From: Hyalangium rubrum
GTDB lineage: Bacteria > Myxococcota > Myxococcia > Myxococcales > Myxococcaceae
NCBI RefSeq assembly: GCF_034259325.1
Contig: NZ_JAXIVS010000015.1
Span: 102,515 to 166,514 of the forward strand
DNA: 64,000 nt
Direction of reading: 5' to 3'
The position numbers and the translations under genes were made by a program. The notes beneath the pieces were generated by a model. It had not been told where the DNA came from. It made no database searches and worked only from the letters and a program-made list of their open reading frames with translations. Shown in pieces: positions 36,164 to 45,088 of this stretch (position 1 is its first letter; each line of letters opens with the position of its first letter).

Positions 36164-39100
36164 CTAGAAGCTGATCTTGGCGCCGAGGCGGACGGACCGC
36201 GGCGACTGGTAGGCAATCGGACGCTTGAAGTTGGGGTTGATCTCCCCGGAGGTGATGGGCGTCGGCGTGGCGGTGGCCGTGACGACCTTCGTACAAGGCT
36301 GGGACGCCGGCTGAGACCGACAGGCCTCCAGATCCGCCGCGGTGGCCTGGCCATTCTCCAGGGCCATGACGCGGGTGAAGGTGAAGGTCTGATCCACGGC
36401 CGTGTACTGCTGGAAGTTGAAGATGTTGAAGACGTCCAGCGAGAGGCTCAGCGTGTAGTTGCCGGCGAGCTTCTGGTTGTAGGCCAGGTGCCCATCGAAG
36501 TTGTGGACCCAGGGCGTCCGTCCAGCAGCGCCGCGCGGAAGGATGAACGTCTCCGAGCCGCTGCGACGCGGGTGGGCGCCCAGGTAGTTGAGCGGCGTGC
36601 CGGAGCGACCCCGGTACCCGCCGCCCAGGTTGAGGCTGATGCCGCGGGTGATGTCGATCTCGCGCGCACCGAAGGCCTTGAGGCTGTGGGTGCGATCGCC
36701 CGGCAGCAGTCCGTACCGGTTGAAGGTCAGCGACAGCAGGTCGAAGTCTCGCGTGAGGTTGGGCGAGAGCTGTCCGGTGTCCGCGCGGAACAGACCCGAG
36801 TAGTTACCCACGAGGCGCGACCACGTGTAGCTGGCCTGGGCCAGCCACTTGTTCGAGAAGTTCTTCTGGTAGTAGAGGCTCACCCCGTCGTACTTGCGGA
36901 CGGCCTCCGGGAAGTCCGTCGAGTAGCCCTTGCCCGGGTTGCCGATGAAGAAGGTGCTGCCGTCATCCCGGCTCATGTCCTCGATGACGTCGTTGAGCTC
37001 GCGGCGCGTATAGGCCAGGCCGAAGCGACCCAGCAGCACCTCGTACTCGGCGCCGACGACGAACTCGTCCACGGACTGAGGCTTGATCTGCGGATCCACG
37101 GGGACCCGGTCTCCACCCTCGTCGCCCCAGACCTGGTTGGGGTTCTCCGGGTTGCCGATGACCTGCCGATTCTCGTCGAGGGTGCAGTCGCTCTCCAGGC
37201 TGTCGAGCTCCGAGGGCTTGCACGGCGGCGTGTCATACGTGGACGTGAGCAGCTGCTGCTGCGGGAACGAGAGATCCGCCATGTCGAGCGGCACGTTCTC
37301 GAAGAAGCGCGCGAAGTTCACGAAGAGCTTCGAGCGCCCCTGCTGCGTGGGGTCGTAGATGAGGCCCAGGCGCGGCGACCACTGGTTGGGCAGGTACAGG
37401 CCCACCTTGTCGTCCAGGCCCCAGATCGTCTGCACGTCATAGCGGACGCCGACGTTGAGGGTGACCTTGTCGGCGACGGCCCAGCTGTCCTGAATGAAGC
37501 CGCCCATCGTCATCGAGCGGGAGGTGCCCTCCTTGTTCGGGAGGAAGACGGGCTGGTCCGGCGCCTCCAGGAAGCCGTACTGGGTGGAGGTGAAGAAGCA
37601 CGTGCCGTCAGTGCATTCAGTCCAGGGGGTGCCGCCGGTGCGCGCGCGGTTGTTGTAGAAGCTCGTCCGCTCCAGATCGAAGCCAGCCTTGATGATGTGG
37701 TGGCCGGCCGCCTCGAAGAGGTAGGTGCCCAGGACCTTGCCCTGGATGCGATCCAGCTCCTGGATGCTGATGGTGTTGGGCCCGCCCGTCGCGTACGACG
37801 TCACCGGGCAGCGCGTCGCGCGCTGGTGCTCGGGCAGCTCCATGGGCGAGTCACAGATGGAAGGATCCAGCAGCGACTCGAACTCCGTGATGCTGTGGTA
37901 GTCGCGCACGGCGCGGCCACCGGCCACACCCTCGCGACGGGTGCGCCGCCAGTTGATGCGCGACTGCGACGAGAGCCCCTCCCCCGTGTTCAGCCCCGAG
38001 TCATCCGAGGGCAGGATGGAGTCCTCCTGGTGGTGCCAGCCCACCGTGGCGTCGATGAGCAGCTTCTTGTTGAAGAAGGACGAGGACTGCTTGGCCACGA
38101 GGTCCAGCGCGTTGTTCTCCCGCTGGGTGGCAATGGAGTTGTAGGCGCCCTGCACGAACGCGGTGCAGGACAGCCCGGAGCACACCTCCGGATCGCCGTC
38201 ATCGCTGAAGGAGTACTTGCCCTGCCCGCCCGAGGAGCGCGGGACACCGAAGACGGACAGCGACAGGTTGTGATCGGGGCTGAAGAGGTAGGTCAGCTTG
38301 GCCGTGTACTGGAGGCTGCGCTCGTCCGCGAACCGGTCGACGCGCGTGCCCTCGATGGGCGTCGAGATCTGGTAGCGGGTCACCGGATCGATCCGAGCAA
38401 CGCCCGGCCCGCTGCAGCCGTTCTCCACGTCCCGCGCGGTGCAGATGTCCAGCGTGTTGAGCTGGCGCTCCACCCGGATGCGATTGAACGAGGGCGCCAC
38501 GCCCGCATAGAACCAGAGCTTGTCCTTGACGATGGGGCCGCCGAGATCGAAGCCGAAGTCGCCCAGGTTCCACGGACGGCCCTGGGCGGTGATGACGGTG
38601 CCCGAGCTCTGGACCGCCGTCTGCGTCGTCTGCAGGAAACCCGGGGCCACGTTGGCGAAGACCGAGCCGTGGAACTCATTCGAGCCGGACTTGGTGACCA
38701 CGTTGAGCACGCCACCCGTGGAGCGACCGAACTCGGGCATGTAGCCGCTGGTGATGACGTTGACCTCCTTGACGAACTCCACGGACAGGGGCGTGCCCAG
38801 GGTGCCCACGCTGGGGTCATTCACGGACAGGCCATCCACGACGAACTGGCTCTCGGGCGAGCTGCTGCCGCTCACGCTCACGCCGTAGCGGTCATCCACG
38901 GCACCGGGGGCCAGCTCGGCCAGGGACTCGAAGGAGCGTGACGCCGAGCCCTTCGAGCCGGGACGGATGACGGGCACGTTCTTGAGGAAGTCGGCGTCGA
39001 TGCTCACCCCCATCGAGCTGGAGCCCAGGTCCACGGTGGGCGGAGCGGCCGTGACGATCAGCTCCTCGCTCATGGACTCGGGGAGCAGCTCCACGTTGAC

Positions 39101-39433
39101 GCGGATGGTCCGGTCGATGCGCAGAGCGATGGCACCGCGCTCATACGGCCGGAAGCCATCCGCCACCACGCGGAGGGTGTAGTCGCCGGGCGGCAGCTGC
39201 GGCAGCCGATACAGGCCGGTCTTGTCCGTGAGGACCGTGCGCTCGCCCTGGAGCGAGGGGGACGTGGCCGTCACGACGGCATCCACGAGTGGCTGCTTGT
39301 TCTCCGTGTTGAAGATGGTGCCGGTGATGACCGAGTTACCCTGAGCCAGCGCCCCCGAGCCGAGCAATACGGCCACGAGACACAGCCCACGGGCGAGATG
39401 AACACGTCTAGACACGATGACCCCTCCCGACAT
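36164..39433 (-). CDS. TonB-dependent outer-membrane receptor with N-terminal carboxypeptidase-regulatory-like domain (Oar-like)
   Basis: From the ATG at 39433 the protein begins MSGGVIVSRRVHLARGLCLVAVLLGSGALAQG (signal). ...ITGTIFNTENKQPLVDAVVTATSPSLQGERTVLTDKTGLYRLPQLPPGDYTLRVVADGF... is a CarbopepD_reg domain. A plug and a ~900-aa barrel follow, ending in the C-terminal aromatic ...LGAKISF. The architecture matches M. xanthus Oar-type TBDRs. Confidence 0.8.
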   Translation of the reverse strand: MSGGVIVSRRVHLARGLCLVAVLLGSGALAQGNSVITGTIFNTENKQPLVDAVVTATSPSLQGERTVLTDKTGLYRLPQLPPGDYTLRVVADGFRPYERGAIALRIDRTIRVNVELLPESMSEELIVTAAPPTVDLGSSSMGVSIDADFLKNVPVIRPGSKGSASRSFESLAELAPGAVDDRYGVSVSGSSSPESQFVVDGLSVNDPSVGTLGTPLSVEFVKEVNVITSGYMPEFGRSTGGVLNVVTKSGSNEFHGSVFANVAPGFLQTTQTAVQSSGTVITAQGRPWNLGDFGFDLGGPIVKDKLWFYAGVAPSFNRIRVERQLNTLDICTARDVENGCSGPGVARIDPVTRYQISTPIEGTRVDRFADERSLQYTAKLTYLFSPDHNLSLSVFGVPRSSGGQGKYSFSDDGDPEVCSGLSCTAFVQGAYNSIATQRENNALDLVAKQSSSFFNKKLLIDATVGWHHQEDSILPSDDSGLNTGEGLSSQSRINWRRTRREGVAGGRAVRDYHSITEFESLLDPSICDSPMELPEHQRATRCPVTSYATGGPNTISIQELDRIQGKVLGTYLFEAAGHHIIKAGFDLERTSFYNNRARTGGTPWTECTDGTCFFTSTQYGFLEAPDQPVFLPNKEGTSRSMTMGGFIQDSWAVADKVTLNVGVRYDVQTIWGLDDKVGLYLPNQWSPRLGLIYDPTQQGRSKLFVNFARFFENVPLDMADLSFPQQQLLTSTYDTPPCKPSELDSLESDCTLDENRQVIGNPENPNQVWGDEGGDRVPVDPQIKPQSVDEFVVGAEYEVLLGRFGLAYTRRELNDVIEDMSRDDGSTFFIGNPGKGYSTDFPEAVRKYDGVSLYYQKNFSNKWLAQASYTWSRLVGNYSGLFRADTGQLSPNLTRDFDLLSLTFNRYGLLPGDRTHSLKAFGAREIDITRGISLNLGGGYRGRSGTPLNYLGAHPRRSGSETFILPRGAAGRTPWVHNFDGHLAYNQKLAGNYTLSLSLDVFNIFNFQQYTAVDQTFTFTRVMALENGQATAADLEACRSQPASQPCTKVVTATATPTPITSGEINPNFKRPIAYQSPRSVRLGAKISF

Positions 39434-39580
39434 TTGCGGGGCGCACTCTGTCTCAAACCCGACGTGAGCCCAAATCCCATCTGAGGGGTAGGCCGGAATG
39501 ACGCGGTGGGCCGATGGCGTCTGGCGCCCACCGGCCACACCTTTGCCGGGTTGTAGCGAATCCAGACGGGGAGTCCGGGT

Positions 39581-41743
39581 ATGCCGAAGCGCGCCTCCAG
39601 GAGCCGGGGGGCCAGTCAGAAGCCCAGCGAGCGGGACATCATCCCCGCAGGAGTGGAGGTCTCGGATTTCAACCTCTTCTTCAACCGGGAGCTGTCCTGG
39701 CTGTCCTTCAACGACCGGGTGCTCCAGCTCGCCGAGGACAGCTCGGTGCCCCTGCTGGAACGGCTGAAGTTCTGCGCCATCTATGCCCGCAACCTGGACG
39801 AGTTCTTCATGATCCGGGTGGCGCGGCTACACGAACAGGCGCGCACGGGAGGGGTGGCGCGGCTTGTCCCGGATGGGACCAGTCCGGGGGAGACGCTCGA
39901 CAAGCTGCACGCGCGCCTTCACGAGCAAGGGCGGCGCCACAGCCACTGCTTCGAGCGGCTGCTGCGCCCAGCCCTGGCGGACAAGGGGCTGCGCATCCTC
40001 TCCATGAAGGAGCTGGACGCGGAGGCCCGGGCGCAAGTGGACCAGCGCTTCCGCGAGCAGATCTTCCCGGTGCTCACCCCGCTGGCCATCGGGCTGGGGC
40101 GCCACTTCCCGTACATCTCCAACCTCTCGCTGAGCCTGGCGGTGCTGCTGCGCGATCCGGTGGCGGAGGTGGAGAACGTGGCCCGGGTGAAGGTGCCCAA
40201 GGAGCTGCTGCCCCGCTTCCTGCCCATCAAGGGCACCTCGGCCTTCGTCCCGCTGGAGGATGTCATCGCCCACCACCTGGGCACCCTCTTCCCGGGCATG
40301 GAGGTGCTCGACTACGGGCTGTTCCGCGTCACCCGAGACGCGGACTTCACCGTGTCCGAGGACGCGGAGGATCTGCTGGTGGCGGTGCAGACCGAGCTGC
40401 GCCAGCGCCGCTTCGGGGACGTCATCCGCCTGGAGGTGCAGGCGGGGATGAACCCCAAGCTGCTCGAGCCGCTGGAGGAGGCGCTGGGGCTGGAGCCGCG
40501 GCAGGTGTACGCGGAGCAGAACCTGCTGGCGCTGGCGGATCTGCACGCGGTGGTGGCCACGCCCGGCTTCCCCGAGCTGAGGGATCCACCGTGGACGCCC
40601 ATCACCCAGCCCCGGCTGCGGCCCGAGGTGGACGCGGAGGGCGGCGGCACGGTGATGGCGGCGATGCGCCGGGGAGATCTGCTCGTTCACCACCCATACG
40701 AGTCCTTCTCCACCTCGGTGGAGCGCTTCGTCACCGAGGCGGTGGAGGACCCGGATGTGCTGGCCATCAAGCAGACGGTGTACCGCACGTCGGACAGCTC
40801 ACCGCTGGTGCCCGCGCTCATCCGCGCCACGGAGCGCGGCAAACAGGCGGTGTGCATGGTGGAGCTCAAGGCCCGGTTCGACGAGCGCGCCAACATCCAG
40901 TGGGCGCTCTCGCTGGAGGAGGCGGGAGTGCATGTCGTCTACGGCATCCCCGGGCTGAAGACGCACGCCAAGGCGATTCTCATCGTCCGCCGGGAGGGAG
41001 AGCGCATCCGGCACTACGTCCACATCGGCACGGGCAACTACAACCCGAAGACGGCGCGGCTCTACACGGACCTGGGGCTGTTCACCACGGATCCGGAGAT
41101 CGGCGCGGACGTGGCGGACCTGTTCAACTACCTGACGGGCTTTGCCCGGCCAAAGTCCTTCCGCAAGCTGCTGGTGGCGCCGATCAACATGCGCGAAGGA
41201 CTGCTCGCGGAGATTCGCCGCACGGTGGCCGCCCACTCGGCGGAGCGCCCCGCACGCATCCAGATGAAGATGAACGCGCTGGTGGACCCGGTAATGATCC
41301 GCGCGCTCTACGAGGCCTCTCGTGCCGGAGTGAAGGTGGACCTCAACATCCGAGGGATCTGCTGCCTGCGCCCCGGGCTCGCGGGCGTCTCGGAGAACAT
41401 CCGCGTGGTGTCCACACTGGGGCGCTTCCTGGAGCACGCGCGCATCTACTTCTTCGATCGGGGTGGCGAGACGCGGTGCTTCATCGGCTCGGCGGACCTG
41501 ATGCCGCGCAACCTCGACCACCGCGTGGAGGCCTTCACGCCCGTGGAGGATGCGAACCTGCTCTCCCAGATACGAGACCTGCTCGATCGGTGCTTCGCGG
41601 ACAACACCCACGCGTGGGATCTCGAAGCGGATGGCACCTGGCGCCGGCGGGCACCCCAGGGCGAGAAGCGCTGGGCCCAGAGCGAGCTGATGGACCGCGC
41701 GGTGCGCCTGGCTCAGGCCACCACCGGTCGGCCGACGTCCTGA
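39581..41743 (+). CDS. ppk: Polyphosphate kinase 1
   Basis: The 720-aa protein runs ...DFNLFFNRELSWLSFNDRVLQLAEDSSVPLLERLKFCAIYARNLDEFFMIRVA.... There are two PLD-like HKD domains in the C-terminal half. Confidence 0.95.
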   Translation: MPKRASRSRGASQKPSERDIIPAGVEVSDFNLFFNRELSWLSFNDRVLQLAEDSSVPLLERLKFCAIYARNLDEFFMIRVARLHEQARTGGVARLVPDGTSPGETLDKLHARLHEQGRRHSHCFERLLRPALADKGLRILSMKELDAEARAQVDQRFREQIFPVLTPLAIGLGRHFPYISNLSLSLAVLLRDPVAEVENVARVKVPKELLPRFLPIKGTSAFVPLEDVIAHHLGTLFPGMEVLDYGLFRVTRDADFTVSEDAEDLLVAVQTELRQRRFGDVIRLEVQAGMNPKLLEPLEEALGLEPRQVYAEQNLLALADLHAVVATPGFPELRDPPWTPITQPRLRPEVDAEGGGTVMAAMRRGDLLVHHPYESFSTSVERFVTEAVEDPDVLAIKQTVYRTSDSSPLVPALIRATERGKQAVCMVELKARFDERANIQWALSLEEAGVHVVYGIPGLKTHAKAILIVRREGERIRHYVHIGTGNYNPKTARLYTDLGLFTTDPEIGADVADLFNYLTGFARPKSFRKLLVAPINMREGLLAEIRRTVAAHSAERPARIQMKMNALVDPVMIRALYEASRAGVKVDLNIRGICCLRPGLAGVSENIRVVSTLGRFLEHARIYFFDRGGETRCFIGSADLMPRNLDHRVEAFTPVEDANLLSQIRDLLDRCFADNTHAWDLEADGTWRRRAPQGEKRWAQSELMDRAVRLAQATTGRPTS

Positions 41744-41764
41744 GCGGGGCCGTCGCGCGCCGAC

Positions 41765-43012
41765 TCACATCTTCTTGATGAGGTCGGCGCGCTCCTGGAC
41801 GGCCTCCATGGTGTCCAGGCTGAAGCTGCGCGCGTGCCCCACGTCGTCCTTGAGGAAGGTGGCGACGCTCTGGGCCTGCTCCTGGACCGCGCGCTTCCGC
41901 TTGGGCGGCAGCGGGTCGAAGGTGCTGAACGCGACGGTTCCGGAGGACGGATCGAACTCCCAGAAGCCGACCAGTTTGTCCCCATCGAACAGGGTGCGTG
42001 CCGAGACGTGCTTCACGTCTCCCAGCGTCGTGCCCTTCGTGTTCCCCCACTTCGTCACCTTCACCCCGTGGTGCTTCAGCTCGGTGAGCAGCCCGGGACC
42101 TCCGTGGAAGGTGAGGTAGTTGTCCTCGAACGAGAGCAACGAGATGGAGGTGGCCGCGGGCACCGCCTCCTTCAGGACCGCCACGTCCTGCTCCAGCACG
42201 AAGGCCTCGTCGTCGTAGCCCTCCACCACCACCGGCACCACGGGCAGACGCTCCATGGCCGCGCGGGCATCTCGCTGCGACAGCCCTGACCAGGCCGCGA
42301 AGCTCGCCACCGCCACCGGCCCGGTCTGCCGCAGGAAGATCTCCGCCAGACGCGCGTTCCGCTCGGCCACGTCGCTCGGAACCTTGGCGCCCGTGAAGGG
42401 GTTCTTCGCCGGCAGCCGCCAGTGGTAGCGCTCGGTGTCGAGCCGGCCCGTGTCCAGGGTGCGCTCCACCTTGCCCTCGAACTCCAGGTGGCGCAGGGCG
42501 GGCGGCAGCGTCGAGGAAATCCCCACCTTCTTACCCTTCTCGCCCAGGCTGCGGACCACGCCCTCGGGCAGGGCCTTGCGCAGCGCGTCCGTCGTCAGTG
42601 GCCCCTTGCGCAGCGCCTTGATCACGGCCTCCCCGACATCGGCCAGCTCCTTCTGGGGGACGCCGACCTTCTCCATCTCCTTCTCGATGCGCTTGCGAGA
42701 CTGGTCCTCTGCGAAGCGCAGCACGAGCGGCACCTGCGCCCGGGGCACCAGATAGATGCAGCCACGCACGGCGGGGATGACCTGGAGCCGGGACTGAGCC
42801 ACCGCCTCATCGAGGTCCTGCCGGCGCAGGCTGGGCAGGCGCGCACGAACCGCGAGGTAGACGTCCACGCCTCCGAGCGTGCGGGGCCAGCTCGTGGAGG
42901 CGACGATCTCCTCGAGGCTCCCCTTCCCCGGCTCGGCGAGCCCTTGCCGGCGGTGCCAGTGCCCACGCGCGCGATCGAGGGTGAGCGTGAGTGCGGGAGT
43001 GGAGCGGGCCAT
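41765..43012 (-). CDS. Winged-helix DNA-binding domain protein (YcaQ/AlkZ-like DNA glycosylase family, DUF1006)
   Basis: The ATG at 43012 begins MARSTPALTLTLDRARGHWHRRQGLAEP...LAVRARLPSLRRQDLDEAVAQ...QVIPAVRGCIYLVPRAQVP..., the HTH_42/AlkZ family profile. The ORF-track N-terminal extension is likely spurious. Confidence 0.7.
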   Translation of the reverse strand: MARSTPALTLTLDRARGHWHRRQGLAEPGKGSLEEIVASTSWPRTLGGVDVYLAVRARLPSLRRQDLDEAVAQSRLQVIPAVRGCIYLVPRAQVPLVLRFAEDQSRKRIEKEMEKVGVPQKELADVGEAVIKALRKGPLTTDALRKALPEGVVRSLGEKGKKVGISSTLPPALRHLEFEGKVERTLDTGRLDTERYHWRLPAKNPFTGAKVPSDVAERNARLAEIFLRQTGPVAVASFAAWSGLSQRDARAAMERLPVVPVVVEGYDDEAFVLEQDVAVLKEAVPAATSISLLSFEDNYLTFHGGPGLLTELKHHGVKVTKWGNTKGTTLGDVKHVSARTLFDGDKLVGFWEFDPSSGTVAFSTFDPLPPKRKRAVQEQAQSVATFLKDDVGHARSFSLDTMEAVQERADLIKKM

Positions 43013-43218
43013 GTCGTTCCTCCGAGGAGCGCGCAGTCTAAGCAGATGCCCGTGGAGCAACGGAAGAGACCCATGGAGTAACGTCCCTCTGGGCTTGAAA
43101 AGGCAACCCACGGCCCCCCGCTGACGCCTGCCTGGAGGGCGAGAAACTCACCGGGCCAGTTGCAAGGTTCCGGGGACTGAAGTCCCCACCCTGGCCAGAA
43201 CCCGCTACGCTTCAGCGC

Positions 43219-43938
43219 GTGAGCGAGTACGTCACCCACCGCGCCGCGTTAGCGGGCCCCCAGCTCGGCTCCCTCCGGGAGGCGTTGCTCTCATCGCGCT
43301 TCGTGGCGAGCAGCCCGCTCATGGGCACGTTCGAGGCCAGCCGTGGCTTCGCCTTCGTCTTCACCGAGGCGGGCCAGGCCACGCTGCTGGAGCGCTTCCC
43401 CTTCCTCACGGACTACCTGGCACGGGTGCGGGATCCGGCGACGACGCGCGGCTTGAGGCCCTGGCGTGAGCGGCTCTTCGGTCCGCGCCAGGAGCGCCCT
43501 CGTCCCAACGCCTTCTACGTGAACCTGCTGCTGCTCGAGGAGGGCAAGGCCGTGGGGCGGCACATCGACGCCACGCTCCAGGAACCCAGCGGCGTTCCAG
43601 GCGCGGTGCCCGAGCACGTCAGCGTCCTCTACCTGGAGGTGCCCACAGGCATCCAAGGCGGCGCTCTGCGTCTACTGCGGGAGGATCGCCCCGTAGGCCA
43701 TGTGCGTCCCCGCCCTGGCTTGCTCGTGCAGTTCCGCGGAGATCTCCAGCACGAGGTCCAACCCTTCACGGGCGGCCCGGAGGGAGCGCTGCGCGCGAGC
43801 CTGGTCTGTGAGCAGTACACCTTTGGCCCCGAGGCCCTGGCGCGCATCACTCCCTTCCGCATCCATTCCAAAGCGGGCTTCGGGGCCTATCTGGACTCAC
43901 ACCGGGAGCGGCACGCCTCCCCCCCCAGTCCGCGGTGA
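43219..43938 (+). CDS. 2OG-Fe(II) oxygenase superfamily protein (putative)
   Basis: HxD...H candidate facial triad (GRHIDAT ... LQHEV), with an RxxxxxR-like basic pair nearby. GTG start at 43219 (uncertain). Assignment is by motif only. Confidence 0.5.
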   Translation: MSEYVTHRAALAGPQLGSLREALLSSRFVASSPLMGTFEASRGFAFVFTEAGQATLLERFPFLTDYLARVRDPATTRGLRPWRERLFGPRQERPRPNAFYVNLLLLEEGKAVGRHIDATLQEPSGVPGAVPEHVSVLYLEVPTGIQGGALRLLREDRPVGHVRPRPGLLVQFRGDLQHEVQPFTGGPEGALRASLVCEQYTFGPEALARITPFRIHSKAGFGAYLDSHRERHASPPSPR

Positions 43939-43950
43939 TATCAAGAAGGC

Positions 43951-44751
43951 ATGGACCACATGCCTCCCCAACACCGTGAGTTCCTGAGCGCCGCGCTCGA
44001 AGCCTGGCGCGCGGACCCTCGCATCCTGGGTGTCGCTGCCGGTGGCTCATTCCTCACTCGGCAGATGGACGCGTTCTCGGACCTGGATCTCGTCCTCGTA
44101 CTCTCGGATGCGCTGCGCGCCACCATCGCCCAGGAGCGCACCGCGATCGCGCGAGCCGCAGGGCCTCTACTCCAAGGCTTCACGGGAGAGCATGTCGGCG
44201 AGCCTCGCCTGCTGATCTGCCTGTACGGTCCTCCCCTGCTCCATGTGGACCTGAAGTTCATCTCCGTGGCCGAACTCGATGTCCGCATCGAGGATCCAGA
44301 GGTCCTCTTCGAGCGAGAGGGCGTCATCACCTCACGCCTGCGCGCCACCCGACCGAAGCCACTAACGGCACCTTCCGCCCAGTGGATCGAAGATCGCTTC
44401 TGGATCTGGATTCACTATGGCCTCGACAAGATCCAGCGCGGCGAACTCTTCGAGAGCCTGGACATGCTGGCGTTCCTGCGCGCCCAGTCACTGGCACCGT
44501 TGATCCGACTCACCGAGGGAGGCGAGTGGCGGGGCGCACGACGGCTCGAGGCTTCTCCCCAGGCCGCAGCGCTCTCGCGGGTCTGCGCGAGGCATGACGC
44601 GGCGGAGTGCCTTCAAGCGCTGAGCGCAGCCGTCGACCTCTACACCACGCTCCGTGAGCAACTCCGTCCAGCGGACGCGTGCCAGCGCTCGTCCGCGGAG
44701 CCCGCCGTTCGCGCCTATCTGGCCGACGTCGTTGCCGCGCGCCGAGGCTGA
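43951..44751 (+). CDS. Nucleotidyltransferase-domain protein (ANT/LinB-like adenylyltransferase fold)
   Basis: GVAAGGSFLTRQMDAFSDLDLVLVL is the GS...D.D nucleotidyltransferase motif. The C-terminal half is helical, as in aminoglycoside/lincosamide nucleotidyltransferases. Confidence 0.6.
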   Translation: MDHMPPQHREFLSAALEAWRADPRILGVAAGGSFLTRQMDAFSDLDLVLVLSDALRATIAQERTAIARAAGPLLQGFTGEHVGEPRLLICLYGPPLLHVDLKFISVAELDVRIEDPEVLFEREGVITSRLRATRPKPLTAPSAQWIEDRFWIWIHYGLDKIQRGELFESLDMLAFLRAQSLAPLIRLTEGGEWRGARRLEASPQAAALSRVCARHDAAECLQALSAAVDLYTTLREQLRPADACQRSSAEPAVRAYLADVVAARRG

Positions 44752-44760
44752 AAAGAAGAC

Positions 44761-44790
44761 GGCCCGAGATCTCTTTCGAGGTCTCGGGCC
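44761..44790. terminator. Bidirectional terminator-like hairpin between the nucleotidyltransferase gene (+) and tRNA-fMet copy 1 (-)
   Basis: GGCCCGAGATCTC-tttc-GAGGTCTCGGGCC is a 13-bp stem with one mismatch. Confidence 0.45.
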
Positions 44791-44796
44791 GTCTGA

Positions 44797-44871
<75 letters not shown>

Positions 44872-44903
44872 ATAACCGTTGCGACTCTTTCTAGAACACC
44901 AGA

Positions 44904-44930
44904 GGCCCTTCCGTTTATTCCGGAAGGGCC
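44904..44930 (-). terminator. Hairpin between the two tRNA-fMet copies
   Basis: GGCCCTTCCG-tttattc-CGGAAGGGCC is a perfect 10-bp stem. The minus-strand transcript continues ucuggugUUCU. Confidence 0.4.
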
Positions 44931-44942
44931 CCCGGACCTTCA

Positions 44943-45017
<75 letters not shown>

Positions 45018-45088
45018 GCAAAAGCGGGAGGCTAAGTACCGCCCTCCCCCTGGTGCGTCAACTCCTTTTTCCGGAGTCCACCCCTCGG

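Noticed and set aside
35996-38941. 981-aa plus-strand ORF
   Set aside because: It is antisense to the TonB-dependent receptor gene. Artefact of low stop-codon frequency.
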